Below are positions 28,123 to 37,927 of a stretch of DNA of 64,000 bases, piece after piece. The position numbers and the translations under genes are program-made. A model generated the notes under the pieces. That model did no database searches. It saw only the letters and a program-made list of their open reading frames with translations, and had not been told where the DNA came from. Position 1 is the stretch's first letter; each line of letters opens with the position of its first letter. The DNA is from a virus: positions 107,074 to 171,073 of the IMG/VR virus record IMGVR_UViG_3300050821_007134; one strand, given 5' to 3'.

Positions 28123-28430
28123 AAACAGGAAAAGAACTCGATCGTTCTCTAGAAGAACAAGTGAAAAAAGTTGACTTCTCTAAAGAAATGCCTAAAGATC
28201 TTTATGAAGGAAAACTTTTTTATGAAGTTATCAAGACTGGCCCAGGAGTATTTACCGTGTACGGCCCTCTCGATAACATCTATTACAAAAGGGATCTCGA
28301 TGGATTTCTTCAAGTAATAGACGGAATCCCCAGAGCAGAATTTAGTTTAGATGAAATTTTTGTTACAACGACACCTCTTGTTGGAAGGTTGTCAAAATTA
28401 TACGAAGGAGTATTAAATGAAAATAGGTGA
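28119..28430 (+). CDS. Hypothetical protein
   Basis: 103-aa coupled ORF. Confidence 0.65.
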   Translation: MKTGKELDRSLEEQVKKVDFSKEMPKDLYEGKLFYEVIKTGPGVFTVYGPLDNIYYKRDLDGFLQVIDGIPRAEFSLDEIFVTTTPLVGRLSKLYEGVLNENR

Positions 28431-29649
28431 TGGCAAGTTTGGGATTGAAAAGAAAACGTACTTTAAACTTAAGGATGGCGATTCAGTATTTCGAATCATT
28501 CCTGCTCTCGGCGATCTAGCCGCTGATGGGATCTGGTCTAAATATTACAAGATCCATTACGGTTATAGGAATACAAAGGGCAATATGCGTGTGTTCCAAA
28601 GCTGTGAAGTTAAGAACAACAAAACCAAAATGGTTGAAGTTCCCGATAGGGCTCTTGAAAGAATTCAAAAGCTTAAGGCTGAACTTGAAAAAGCCAAAGA
28701 AGCCAAGAATGCTCCTATGGTCGAAAGACTCATGAAGCTTGTGGGCGGCCAAAAAGCTATCTACAATCTCGATTCACACCACTACATGAACGCCCTCGAT
28801 ACCCAAGGAAACATTGGTATTCTCAAGATCCGACACAAAGCAAAACAAGCCTTGGATCTTGCAATCAAGAAACTTCGCGATGCTGGTATCAACCCCGTTT
28901 CCGTAAATGATGGACGATATTTCGTGTTCAGCCGAACAGGAAAAGGTCTTGATACTACGTTCCAAGTTACCGTGGCTCAAGAATCTCTTGAAGTTCCCGG
29001 AGTTGGAAAAGTCAATCGTGACATTATTCACAAGCTCACAGACGATGTTATCAACCGTCTCGAAAGAGAAGCTGCTGTTTCCATTAAAGAAAAAGGTAAA
29101 AAAGGCGGACTTGATACTCTGTTCTTCGCACCTACAGCAGAACAGGTTGAAGCCATTGTTGCTCAATCTGATATCTTGACTGGCAAATCAACTGCAATCG
29201 ATGCGATTTTTGATACCAAAGAAACAGCCGACATTGCAAACGATGCTGGTGGAACTGATGAAGAAGAGAGTGTAGCACAAAACAGTACTACACAGGCTCC
29301 TGTAGCACAAACCGGTACTACAACCGCTCAAGGCTCTTCTAGCAATTTGGTGACGACACCTAATATTGCGACACAAGCTGCACCTATTGCGACAGTTACA
29401 GCGGCGCCAGCGGCTCAGGCCCCTGCTCCGACGACTATTGCGACAGAAGCTCCTATTGCGACAACTCCTCAAGTGCAACAACAAACAGCTGCTCCTAGCG
29501 TTCAGGCTTCTCCGACCCCCTCCGAAAAGCCTGTTGTGCAAGCACCTGTTCAGGCGGTAACGTCTGCGCCTTCCCCTGTGCAGACTACCGCCCAAGCTGT
29601 TGCTGAGATAACCGACGCGGATTTTTTGGCGACCCTGAATCTGAATTAA
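28417..29649 (+). CDS. gp32-like single-stranded DNA-binding protein with long Pro/Thr/Ala linker
   Basis: YFKLKDGDSVFRIIP...YKIHYGY...GRYFVFSRTGKGLDTTFQV; acidic/hydrophobic C-terminus (DADFLATLNLN); next to recombination genes. Confidence 0.65.
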   Translation: MKIGDGKFGIEKKTYFKLKDGDSVFRIIPALGDLAADGIWSKYYKIHYGYRNTKGNMRVFQSCEVKNNKTKMVEVPDRALERIQKLKAELEKAKEAKNAPMVERLMKLVGGQKAIYNLDSHHYMNALDTQGNIGILKIRHKAKQALDLAIKKLRDAGINPVSVNDGRYFVFSRTGKGLDTTFQVTVAQESLEVPGVGKVNRDIIHKLTDDVINRLEREAAVSIKEKGKKGGLDTLFFAPTAEQVEAIVAQSDILTGKSTAIDAIFDTKETADIANDAGGTDEEESVAQNSTTQAPVAQTGTTTAQGSSSNLVTTPNIATQAAPIATVTAAPAAQAPAPTTIATEAPIATTPQVQQQTAAPSVQASPTPSEKPVVQAPVQAVTSAPSPVQTTAQAVAEITDADFLATLNLN

Positions 29650-29658
29650 GGAGATGCT

Positions 29659-30213
29659 GTGAATACAGCTGACGACGAAGCACCGGCATTGCCTGCTCCG
29701 GCTCCTGGCGATAAAGCAAAGATGGTAATCCCTGGTTTCCAGGGATCGCCACCGATAGTAATGCCTATCGCCGCAACCAGAGAATCCGAGGCCAGGTTCA
29801 TAGAAGTTAAAACTGTCAATCCAATCACTTATACTGATCTGGAACACACTTTTAACGAATCATACCGGGAATTAAAGCAACATTTGGCAACTATTGGTTA
29901 CCAACTTGAGATGGCCAAAAAGGCCCTCAGGAATGCTCAATCAAGAGTTATGCTCGATTTGTATCCTGATTTCATTAAGGACAAACCGAAAACCTACGAC
30001 AATTCCCATGTTAGGGATGCCTTCTTGATGCGCGATAAAGAATATGCAGATGCAATAGATAGAATCGCCATGCTCACAGCTTTGGAATCCTTCATGGATG
30101 GGCGGATCAAAACAGTAGAAAACGTTTGTAGGTACATGAGAAAAAGAATGGATCTTGTACTTAGAAGCGGCCTTTCTGGCGCGGATCTCTACAACACCGG
30201 AGGACGTAAGTGA
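29659..30213 (+). CDS. Helical protein, possible UvsY-like recombination mediator
   Basis: RDAFLMRDKEY...LESFMDGRIK helical pattern; lies between the SSB and RecA-like genes. Confidence 0.4.
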   Translation: MNTADDEAPALPAPAPGDKAKMVIPGFQGSPPIVMPIAATRESEARFIEVKTVNPITYTDLEHTFNESYRELKQHLATIGYQLEMAKKALRNAQSRVMLDLYPDFIKDKPKTYDNSHVRDAFLMRDKEYADAIDRIAMLTALESFMDGRIKTVENVCRYMRKRMDLVLRSGLSGADLYNTGGRK

Positions 30214-30506
30214 AAGACTACGAATGTCATATCACTGTAGAAGCCAGTTATAGTTCAGGCCAACGTAAATTTCTCGAAGAAATCGGCGAAGCTAACGGAT
30301 GGAAAACTAGTTTTATTGAAGGTGATCCAGATCTTGGTAAAGGCAGTCGATTCTTTTTCACCGCGCACTACAATAACTTAGATGCTGCATTTGAACACAC
30401 AGAAGCTTTAGATTGGGGCCTGAGAATGCAAGGATTAGTTGTGGCCCGCAAGAAAATTGAAGAAGTTTTAATGGATACCAAAGCTGATACATGGAGAGCA
30501 AAATGA
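30210..30506 (+). CDS. Hypothetical protein (YECHITV...KIE family)
   Basis: GGAGG RBS, GTG start. Confidence 0.65.
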   Translation: MKDYECHITVEASYSSGQRKFLEEIGEANGWKTSFIEGDPDLGKGSRFFFTAHYNNLDAAFEHTEALDWGLRMQGLVVARKKIEEVLMDTKADTWRAK

Positions 30507-30706
30507 GACAAGATAAGGCATTTCCACAAACTATATCTCTTGATGGCATAAGCAGCACTACAGATGGATTGACCAAAAGAGAATTCTTTGCTGCATTTAT
30601 TTTAAGTGGAAGAATGGCTCATGGTGCTACTTCCCTTGATACTGTGGCAGAAGCAGTAGAATATGCAGATGCTCTAATAGAAAAATTAGGAGAAAAAAAT
30701 GTCTGA
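30503..30706 (+). CDS. Conserved small phage protein (GLTKREFFAA...YADAL)
   Basis: Common phage motif; ATGA-coupled start. Confidence 0.65.
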   Translation: MRQDKAFPQTISLDGISSTTDGLTKREFFAAFILSGRMAHGATSLDTVAEAVEYADALIEKLGEKNV

Positions 30707-31805
30707 CGATAAAAAAATGCCAGGTAATCTGTATACTGAAAAAGATAAAGAAAAGAAACCAGGCAATAAATGGACAAAAATGCTAAGGCAATATGAAGAC
30801 ACCGTCAACTACGATTATGATTCTTTTGCGCCCGAAAATTGTCTTTATTCTCCAAGTCCTTATTACAATTGGATTTTTGCAAATAAGTCAAATGGTGTTC
30901 CCAAGAACGCATCAATCTTAATGTTCTCTGAACAGAAAGCTGGTAAATCACTTTCATGTTATGCATTCATTGACGAGATGCAGCGAAGAGATCCAGAAGG
31001 ACACGCACTTTATTTTAACTCAGAACTCAGAGGACAATTACAGCATGACCTCTTTAAAACTATCGACAAAGAGCGAAATACAATCTACGATACCAATGAC
31101 CCGTCGGAAATTTTTGACCGTATTGAAAATGACATTAAGCCTATGGTTCAAGATGGCTTCCCGCTTAGAATTATAGTCCTAGATTCGCTGACTTCCATCA
31201 TTGGTGTTAAGCGTCAAGATGCGGAAAGTGTGACGAATCACTTGATTGGTGACAAAGCTTTGACTTTACAAATTGGCTTGGAAAAGCTGGTTCCCTTCTG
31301 TAAGCGTAACAAGATATTGCTGATTGCCACGGTTCAAATGCGAGCTAATGTTGGTGACACTTCTTGGCACGCAGAGAAGGATAAGGCAGCCGCACAATGG
31401 GCAACTAAACATGCATTTGAGTACTTTGTAAGTCTTAAACGCGCAGGCGGAGCCGATGATAAAAAAGATCTTGCAGGAATCACCTTTGAAGACGAAGAGT
31501 TACAAGATGCACGCGGTAACAAACTTCTTTTGGGCCACAAAATCTATGCGAAGCTGGAGCAATCTTCTTTAGGTCAGGCCGGACGCGCAGGCGTTTTCAC
31601 GGTTGACTACAAAGAAGGCATTATTAATATTCACGAAGAAGTCTTTCATATGGCAAGTAATACTGGCATTATTAAGAGTGCCGGAGCTTGGTTCACATTC
31701 AAAGACTATAAATGGAACGGCAAAAAAGCAGCGGCCATCGCTATCAAAGAAAACCCTAAGCTTGCCGCAGAGTTACTCGAAGCCGTCAAGAAGCTGGATC
31801 AGTAA
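30699..31805 (+). CDS. RecA/UvsX-like recombinase
   Basis: Walker A SEQKAGKS, FNSE, Walker B IIVLDS, QMRAN, C-terminal GIIKSAGAWFTF. Confidence 0.85.
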   Translation: MSDDKKMPGNLYTEKDKEKKPGNKWTKMLRQYEDTVNYDYDSFAPENCLYSPSPYYNWIFANKSNGVPKNASILMFSEQKAGKSLSCYAFIDEMQRRDPEGHALYFNSELRGQLQHDLFKTIDKERNTIYDTNDPSEIFDRIENDIKPMVQDGFPLRIIVLDSLTSIIGVKRQDAESVTNHLIGDKALTLQIGLEKLVPFCKRNKILLIATVQMRANVGDTSWHAEKDKAAAQWATKHAFEYFVSLKRAGGADDKKDLAGITFEDEELQDARGNKLLLGHKIYAKLEQSSLGQAGRAGVFTVDYKEGIINIHEEVFHMASNTGIIKSAGAWFTFKDYKWNGKKAAAIAIKENPKLAAELLEAVKKLDQ

Positions 31806-32017
31806 TGACTAAAAAAGAAAGAGTCGAATTCAATGGCTTCATGAAAGCCAAAAGGCAGATTGCCGCCGCCATAGAAGGCAGAATCGAAGTTCTTGAACAA
31901 AGACGCGGAGATCGCAAAGCTATCGAAAAGCGGGAAATAGAAATAGAAACACTTGAACTTATGAAACACCACATAAGAAATGTCTGTCTTTACAAAGTAG
32001 AATCAAAATCTAAATAG
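31805..32017 (+). CDS. Hypothetical protein
   Basis: 70-aa coupled ORF. Confidence 0.6.
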   Translation: MTKKERVEFNGFMKAKRQIAAAIEGRIEVLEQRRGDRKAIEKREIEIETLELMKHHIRNVCLYKVESKSK

Positions 32018-32023
32018 TCAAGG

Positions 32024-32962
32024 ATGCCAATGAACAACGAAATCACCCGTCCTCTTGCAGACAAGCGTAAGATAAGTTCGCGAAATGAATTTGAATTATG
32101 CTACATGAGACATCAATACTTCAGAAGATCTACATACAATCCATCGGCTGAAGAAATGGCCCCCTACATGGCAATTGTGAAAAAGCGATGTAAACACACA
32201 TTTTTCATTCATGCCGGATTGTTCCAAATGGTCGGCTTTGAAAACGAAGACCTTATAAACATAGGAATGATCCATCTAGTTAGTTTCTTAGGGCTTTTCT
32301 CAATGGAAATGATGCCCGAGAAATATGCAAGCTACGTTGAAAAATTCATGTTAGAAAAGGTCGATCCTCCCAGTGAAGAAGATGTTATGTCCAAAAACAG
32401 AGCTAACTTTACGATCTTTTTAAAGCAACGATTAGAAGAAGTTGTACGGGTTTGCAGACAGAAGGTCCGAAATATCAAGGGTATCCCTTTTGAAGAATTC
32501 CAGCCATTCTATGGTCCTAAGAAGCCGCCAATGGATATCATCCAATTAATGGAAAATCATGAATCTCTTGGCTTTCGTAAGATGGACATTGCCGTATTTA
32601 AGACCATAAGAAGAAGAGCCAAGGCTTATGGAAAGAACGCATTTCGTCATGAAAAGAACTGGTACATAATCGTTCCGCTCAAACATAAGAACCTAGGAAT
32701 GTCAGATTTTTCTGGCGCCGGTCTCGATCCCCGTGATAACATTCACAATATGAATCCAGAAGAAATCTTATTCAGATGCGAAGACGAGAACAAGTGGGAC
32801 CGAAAGCGTGCCGCTTATAAGAGCAAATCCAAAAATGAAAAGGCCGCTTTAATAAGTGAATTCATTGATAAAAATAAAAGCAGTAGAATATTTGCCGATG
32901 AATTAAAGACGGCAAAAAGAACACTTCTTAGGATGATGGGGCCATGGATAGAAAAGATCTAA
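32024..32962 (+). CDS. Hypothetical protein, possible divergent sigma-region-2-like factor
   Basis: YMAIVKKRC...GFENEDLINIGMIHL...NFTIFLKQRL. Confidence 0.35.
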   Translation: MPMNNEITRPLADKRKISSRNEFELCYMRHQYFRRSTYNPSAEEMAPYMAIVKKRCKHTFFIHAGLFQMVGFENEDLINIGMIHLVSFLGLFSMEMMPEKYASYVEKFMLEKVDPPSEEDVMSKNRANFTIFLKQRLEEVVRVCRQKVRNIKGIPFEEFQPFYGPKKPPMDIIQLMENHESLGFRKMDIAVFKTIRRRAKAYGKNAFRHEKNWYIIVPLKHKNLGMSDFSGAGLDPRDNIHNMNPEEILFRCEDENKWDRKRAAYKSKSKNEKAALISEFIDKNKSSRIFADELKTAKRTLLRMMGPWIEKI

Positions 32963-33498
32963 GCACAGCTGAGATCGTCCGTTTTTGGTACGCCAAATAC
33001 GAAGGAAGAATTCCTAAGGGCAGGAATAAAGAACAGCTACGCGCAATGCGGGGGCTTATCCAGGAAATGGAAAATTCCGGTATCACTGTCGATGACATCA
33101 AAAGTAACTACACGGCATCTTTAGTAGAAAAGGCAGCCGTACACCAAGGTCCAACCAATGAAAGATTTACTAAAGCAAAAAAAGAGAGTTGGATTCACAA
33201 AGTAAAAGATGATTGGGACGTAGCAGTAAGATCTTACATTTTAGAAAAAGAAGCTATGGCCAAGGCTGTTAGGGATTCTTCCCCGGTGGAAGAAATTCGT
33301 GTTCCCCTCCAATTAGTAATCCCTCCTGAAGAGGATATCGATGAATTGGCTAAAAATGTAAAAGTAGGACCTGAAAGAAAAGTTCAGCCCATCAGACCAG
33401 AAGAAATGTTAAATACTGACACCTTAGATATCGACGTAGAAGAAAATACTCTAATAAACAATGAACTCGAAGAATTTGTGAAGAAGCATGGCGGATGA
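32944..33498 (+). CDS. Hypothetical protein upstream of the helicase
   Basis: 184-aa ORF. Confidence 0.7.
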   Translation: MDRKDLSTAEIVRFWYAKYEGRIPKGRNKEQLRAMRGLIQEMENSGITVDDIKSNYTASLVEKAAVHQGPTNERFTKAKKESWIHKVKDDWDVAVRSYILEKEAMAKAVRDSSPVEEIRVPLQLVIPPEEDIDELAKNVKVGPERKVQPIRPEEMLNTDTLDIDVEENTLINNELEEFVKKHGG

Positions 33499-34624
33499 AG
33501 TAGAGGATTGGAAATCTGATTTCGAAGAGCGAGCGAAAGCCGAAGATAAGAAAGCAGAAGTCCAGGCCAAAAAGTTAATCATCGATGAAAATCGATACAA
33601 TGTTGAGTTGGCTAGAATTGCCAAAACAGCAGACGAAGCCTCACGCGCAAATAGTACCAATTTCGGCCTAATGTCCCCAGAGGCCATCGCAAAAGTTCAA
33701 ACAGACAATATCGAATACATCATGGCCGCAAGAGGAAAGCTTAATTTCATTACGGCCATATTCAGTAAAGTAGTTCCCTTCTTTAGAAAGAATTTGATCC
33801 TGATCGGAGCAAAGTCGGGCCATGGTAAATCTACGACCGTCGCCAACATTGCCCGTGAAACTCTAAGACAGATTGACCCCACTACTGGCAAGCCCCCGCG
33901 AGTTCTTGTAATCACGAACGAAGAAAAAACTGAAGACGTTTATAACAGGGTTACATGTCTCCTTAAGGGATGGCACTATGTAAACCATGATGAATTCACA
34001 GATGAACAAGTCAAGGCATTTAATGACTTTATTCCAGTACTTAGCAAATATATGAATGTGGTCGATGACAATTACAACAATGTGCCCGGAATGACTACGA
34101 GTCTTGAGGGAGTCTGTCAAATTTTTGACAACATGCTTCGAGATGGAACTTATTATCATGCAGTAATTTTTGACTACTATCAAAACGTTACCTATTCCAA
34201 AGACTTCCCAAGTATGACTGAATTCGAAGTTCAAGCGGCCTTATCCCATAAGCTTGACCAATACAAGAACAGCTATCCAGCCCCAATTGTAGTTATGGCT
34301 CAATGCGATCCTCCGGATGAGGCCAACACCCCTTTTATGTTCCGTATCAAGGGGCGAAAACTCATATTCGCTAAGGCAACATTAGCGATGGAAATGGTGG
34401 CCGAGCCCGAAATGCTCAGAACTCAATGGGAAGTATGGAAGAGTAGATTTACTAATTCAATTGGCAAAAAGTTCTACACTGCTTATGATAAGGGCAAAAT
34501 AACAGTTTATGACGATGAATTCGCTAAGAAGGTAATGGCCATGAAAGAAAACGACATGCATGACGCTACGCTCCTTGGCAATTTAGGTAAAAAACCGGTT
34601 GACGATAAAGGAAAGAAAGAGTAG
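33488..34624 (+). CDS. DnaB-like (SF4) replicative helicase without the usual N-terminal domain
   Basis: GAKSGHGKST, ITNE, VIFDYYQ, VMAQ, KSRF. Confidence 0.8.
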   Translation: MADEVEDWKSDFEERAKAEDKKAEVQAKKLIIDENRYNVELARIAKTADEASRANSTNFGLMSPEAIAKVQTDNIEYIMAARGKLNFITAIFSKVVPFFRKNLILIGAKSGHGKSTTVANIARETLRQIDPTTGKPPRVLVITNEEKTEDVYNRVTCLLKGWHYVNHDEFTDEQVKAFNDFIPVLSKYMNVVDDNYNNVPGMTTSLEGVCQIFDNMLRDGTYYHAVIFDYYQNVTYSKDFPSMTEFEVQAALSHKLDQYKNSYPAPIVVMAQCDPPDEANTPFMFRIKGRKLIFAKATLAMEMVAEPEMLRTQWEVWKSRFTNSIGKKFYTAYDKGKITVYDDEFAKKVMAMKENDMHDATLLGNLGKKPVDDKGKKE

Positions 34625-34633
34625 GATTCTAGT

Positions 34634-35188
34634 ATGGCTGAAGAGACACCTACAAATGAACAAGGCGTTCCAGTAGATCCTAATAGCGCTCCTGTAAGGA
34701 TAGCTGAGTTCGTGCTTAAGGAGACCGAAGTCTCAAAACTTAACCTCATGCAAAATGATGTATTAGTTGTAAAAATGCAAGGCATGGATCTAGACCATGA
34801 TTTGATCAAAAGCCTTCAAAATCACTTCAAAAAGGTATTTCCAAATAATAAAGTCCTAGTCTTCTCGCTTAGCGAAGATGCTAAGATGAATCTTGAGGTA
34901 GTCAAGGCAGAAGCATTAGGAGAATCCTGTGCGACGGCTCCTAAAGGCTATTGTGAAGGCTGCGATTGCGGTAAAAAAGAAGCCGCTGAATCTGTTGTAA
35001 CTCCGCCGCCAGCTCCTTACAGAATGGCCACTGGGACCCTAGTTAAGGTAATCGAAGCAGGCCATGCAGTTGAAGGTGAAACAGGATCGGTTGATAGCTA
35101 CATCGGTGGCGGATATTATTTAGTGAGATTCGCCTCTATGGGCGTTATTAAAATGAACGGCTTCGGATTAGAAGAACAGGGGAAATAA
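34634..35188 (+). CDS. Hypothetical protein with Cys cluster and KOW-like C-terminus
   Basis: YCEGCDCG; GTLVKVIEAGHAVEGETGSV. Confidence 0.65.
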   Translation: MAEETPTNEQGVPVDPNSAPVRIAEFVLKETEVSKLNLMQNDVLVVKMQGMDLDHDLIKSLQNHFKKVFPNNKVLVFSLSEDAKMNLEVVKAEALGESCATAPKGYCEGCDCGKKEAAESVVTPPPAPYRMATGTLVKVIEAGHAVEGETGSVDSYIGGGYYLVRFASMGVIKMNGFGLEEQGK

Positions 35189-35550
35189 TGGACTTAACAA
35201 AAGACCAAAGAACTGAATTAAATGCCCTATCGAAAGAACTCATGGGATCAGAGAGTAAGTGGAAAAAGCTTCTTGACCGTGGATACCTAGAGACAGTCAC
35301 CGAAGAAAAAGAAGAAGAGATTCCGGGCGAAAACGGTGCTGAACCTACCAAAAGAAAAGTTAGGGTACCGAAGCTTGAAAAGGGCATGGTCGTCCGTACC
35401 GTACAGCGTCACACATATGAATCCCTTAGAAATATGCTAGTAGCTGCAAAGAAACAAAAAGATGAATACACAGCCGCAGTCGCAAAAATCAAAGCAGAAC
35501 ACGACGCCGCTCGAAAGGCTCAAGAAGCCGCCGGAGGATCAGCCGTATGA
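35188..35550 (+). CDS. Hypothetical protein
   Basis: 120-aa coupled ORF. Confidence 0.7.
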   Translation: MDLTKDQRTELNALSKELMGSESKWKKLLDRGYLETVTEEKEEEIPGENGAEPTKRKVRVPKLEKGMVVRTVQRHTYESLRNMLVAAKKQKDEYTAAVAKIKAEHDAARKAQEAAGGSAV

Positions 35551-35738
35551 GTTACAATAAAACTATGATCAGAATTTCAGCTTTCTTCTTAATATTGTGG
35601 ACAGGCTTTGGAATCTACAATTTGACTAAAGGAACTGAATCCGGTTACTGGTTAGCCGCTTTGGAATTCGCAGTCGCGATAATAAATGCTAATAATATTC
35701 GAAGACTTAGGAGAGAAAATGGCACGCCCACTAGATAA
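35547..35738 (+). CDS. Small two-TM membrane protein
   Basis: Two hydrophobic segments; GGAGG RBS. Confidence 0.65.
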   Translation: MSYNKTMIRISAFFLILWTGFGIYNLTKGTESGYWLAALEFAVAIINANNIRRLRRENGTPTR

Positions 35739-35991
35739 AATCATAGACATCATATTAAAATTAACACCCGATAATTTTAACAACAAGAAATATCTTAAAC
35801 TGGAATTAGAGTCCATCAAGGAAAGCTACTACTATGCAGCTCCAGAAACCCTAGGTTCTGTATGGCTCAGAGTGGCCCAAGCCCTTCAAGTTCATATCGG
35901 AGATCCAGGTGGAGAAACTTGGAAAAGAGAGATTCAAGGTCTCTTCGCTGGAAAGATTGACTACATGGATTACCTTACGGAGATTATGTGA
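35719..35991 (+). CDS. Hypothetical protein (paralog 1 of a tandem pair)
   Basis: ATG 35719 after AGGAG; similar to 35988..36248. Confidence 0.65.
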   Translation: MARPLDKIIDIILKLTPDNFNNKKYLKLELESIKESYYYAAPETLGSVWLRVAQALQVHIGDPGGETWKREIQGLFAGKIDYMDYLTEIM

Positions 35992-36248
35992 GAGACTTAG
36001 AAAAAGTTCTGCAAGATGTTCTTTATTACGTTCCACTAAACTTTGAACTTAGACCTCAATTAGAAGATCAATTGAATGCCCTAATCGAAAGACGCAAAAT
36101 ATCGCCCGCTGAGTTAGACCCATTCTTATGGAATGACGCTCGTAATCTTTTAGATCATTATTTAGGATACGAGGTCGGTGATAGGCCTTGGGCGAAATAT
36201 GCCTTATTAAGTTTTTCCGGTAAAAATAAACTTCTTGGAGAGAAATAA
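35988..36248 (+). CDS. Hypothetical protein (paralog 2 of a tandem pair)
   Basis: GTGA-coupled; similar to 35719..35991. Confidence 0.65.
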   Translation: MRDLEKVLQDVLYYVPLNFELRPQLEDQLNALIERRKISPAELDPFLWNDARNLLDHYLGYEVGDRPWAKYALLSFSGKNKLLGEK

Positions 36249-36451
36249 TGAGAATAGAGTACAAAGGGTTCGCACTGGTCGCCAATAGAGAAAAAACAAA
36301 AAATGGAATATACAGAACCTTTTACAGCGCTCAAAACATCGAAACCCGAATGATACTCTCCGAAACTAACGATAACATCAGTATCCAAGACGCAATGGAA
36401 GAACTAAAAACAGACGTAGACACATATTTAAGTGAGACCAATGGAGCATAA
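36248..36451 (+). CDS. Hypothetical protein
   Basis: 67-aa coupled ORF. Confidence 0.6.
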   Translation: MRIEYKGFALVANREKTKNGIYRTFYSAQNIETRMILSETNDNISIQDAMEELKTDVDTYLSETNGA

Positions 36452-37332
36452 TGCACGAACGAGCAATCAAACTCTTAAAAACCATGTTCAGAGACGGGGA
36501 AACTATCTGTGTGTCCGACAGCAAGTATGGGTACCACTCTATCCCGCTTGAGAATGCTTGGAAAGATCCCGTAACTCTTTTTTCGCCAAACCCAGAAATT
36601 AAAATTCAATTTGTAGACAGCGTAAACCTAAATTTAGTTGCGCTCAATCCCATAAAGGGTTTTCGAGAAGATCTCAATTGTACGGCCTTTAGGAACTTCA
36701 TGGTCGAAATGGATATGGGGCCTTTGGCTCAACAGCTCCAATATATCAAAGCCTCGGGAATGCCCTACAGTGCGGTTATATTTTCAGGCAGTAAAAGTTT
36801 GCATTTTTTGATCTCCCTAGATACAGACTTACCAAACGAATCCATTTGGCGTTTATTTGCGGAATGGACGCTTAATATAGTTCCTCTGGCAGACCCACTG
36901 ACCAAGAACCCTAGTAGGTCAATCCGTATCCCGGAATCGTACAGGGAGCCGGATAAACTCCAAAAACTGGTAGAATTCCACGGTCCCGTGAAACTTGATG
37001 ACTTCGCCAACTGGCTCAGGAAGTGGCCATCTGCCAAGCCCGTTGTAAGCGAAAAGAAAAAAATTAAGCCTGGCGAGTTCGACAAGACCAAAGTCAAGGG
37101 ATGGGTCATAAAGGCCCTGGATAAGGGGATTGACCGATCGAAAGGTAGGAACGCGCAATGGTACGCCATTGCTTGCGAATTTGCTTTGGCCGGTTACACG
37201 GAAGATGGTACAATGGCCATATTAGGTGACTACTTCTCGCCTGATAGAGACTTCAAAGAGAGAGAATGGAAAACAACCATAAAGAGCGCTTTCAAGCGTG
37301 TATATGGCAAGGAGCAAAATGAAAAAGGCTAA
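36451..37332 (+). CDS. Primase-like protein (AEP/RepB type) with PriCT-like C-terminus
   Basis: FRNFMVEMD, IFSGSKSLH, KNPSRSIRIP, GRNAQWYAIACEF. Confidence 0.65.
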   Translation: MHERAIKLLKTMFRDGETICVSDSKYGYHSIPLENAWKDPVTLFSPNPEIKIQFVDSVNLNLVALNPIKGFREDLNCTAFRNFMVEMDMGPLAQQLQYIKASGMPYSAVIFSGSKSLHFLISLDTDLPNESIWRLFAEWTLNIVPLADPLTKNPSRSIRIPESYREPDKLQKLVEFHGPVKLDDFANWLRKWPSAKPVVSEKKKIKPGEFDKTKVKGWVIKALDKGIDRSKGRNAQWYAIACEFALAGYTEDGTMAILGDYFSPDRDFKEREWKTTIKSAFKRVYGKEQNEKG

Positions 37333-37927
37333 TCATGATGATATCGAAAAGTTTCACGATTACAGCATCCATTTGCCCACGCGAACTATTTACAATAGCA
37401 CTGAACACGTAAGCGAATCTGATGATTTCTCCGAGTCAGGTTGCGATACGTCTATGGCCGAACGAATGGTTAAAAACATTCACATTTTGGACCATCTATC
37501 TCAAGAGCCAATCACGATCATCATGAACAACATTGGTGGCGACGAATATCACGGATTCGCTATTTATGATGCTATCAAAGCGGCAAAATCAGAAATCATA
37601 GTAAAAGTTTTCGGCCACGCAATGAGTATGGGTTCAATTATTTTACAAGCTGCCGACAAACGAATCATGTCTCCTACCTCACGACAAATGATTCATTACG
37701 GAACATGGGGTAGAAATGATCATGCTAAGACCAGTCAGAAGTGGGCAGAAGAAGGCCTTAAAATTGATAAGTGGATGGAAAAGATGTACTTAGACAAGAT
37801 CCGCGAGAAGCACCCTGACTTTAAGCTTAAAAGATTGCAAAAATATTTGGACCATGATACGTTCCTGACAGCCGAAGAGAGCGTTGCGTTAGGATTAGCT
37901 GACTCAGTATTGGGAGATGAAGAGTGA
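37319..37927 (+). CDS. clpP: ClpP-like protease
   Basis: NNIGGD..GFAIYD, AMSMGS (Ser), QMIH (His), HDTFLTAEE..LGLAD (Asp). Confidence 0.85.
   Translation: MKKANHDDIEKFHDYSIHLPTRTIYNSTEHVSESDDFSESGCDTSMAERMVKNIHILDHLSQEPITIIMNNIGGDEYHGFAIYDAIKAAKSEIIVKVFGHAMSMGSIILQAADKRIMSPTSRQMIHYGTWGRNDHAKTSQKWAEEGLKIDKWMEKMYLDKIREKHPDFKLKRLQKYLDHDTFLTAEESVALGLADSVLGDEE

Noticed and set aside
29188-29847. 219-aa antisense ORF and other track ORFs antisense to or nested in long genes
   Set aside because: Shadow frames of low-complexity or codon-biased genes, with no RBS or motifs
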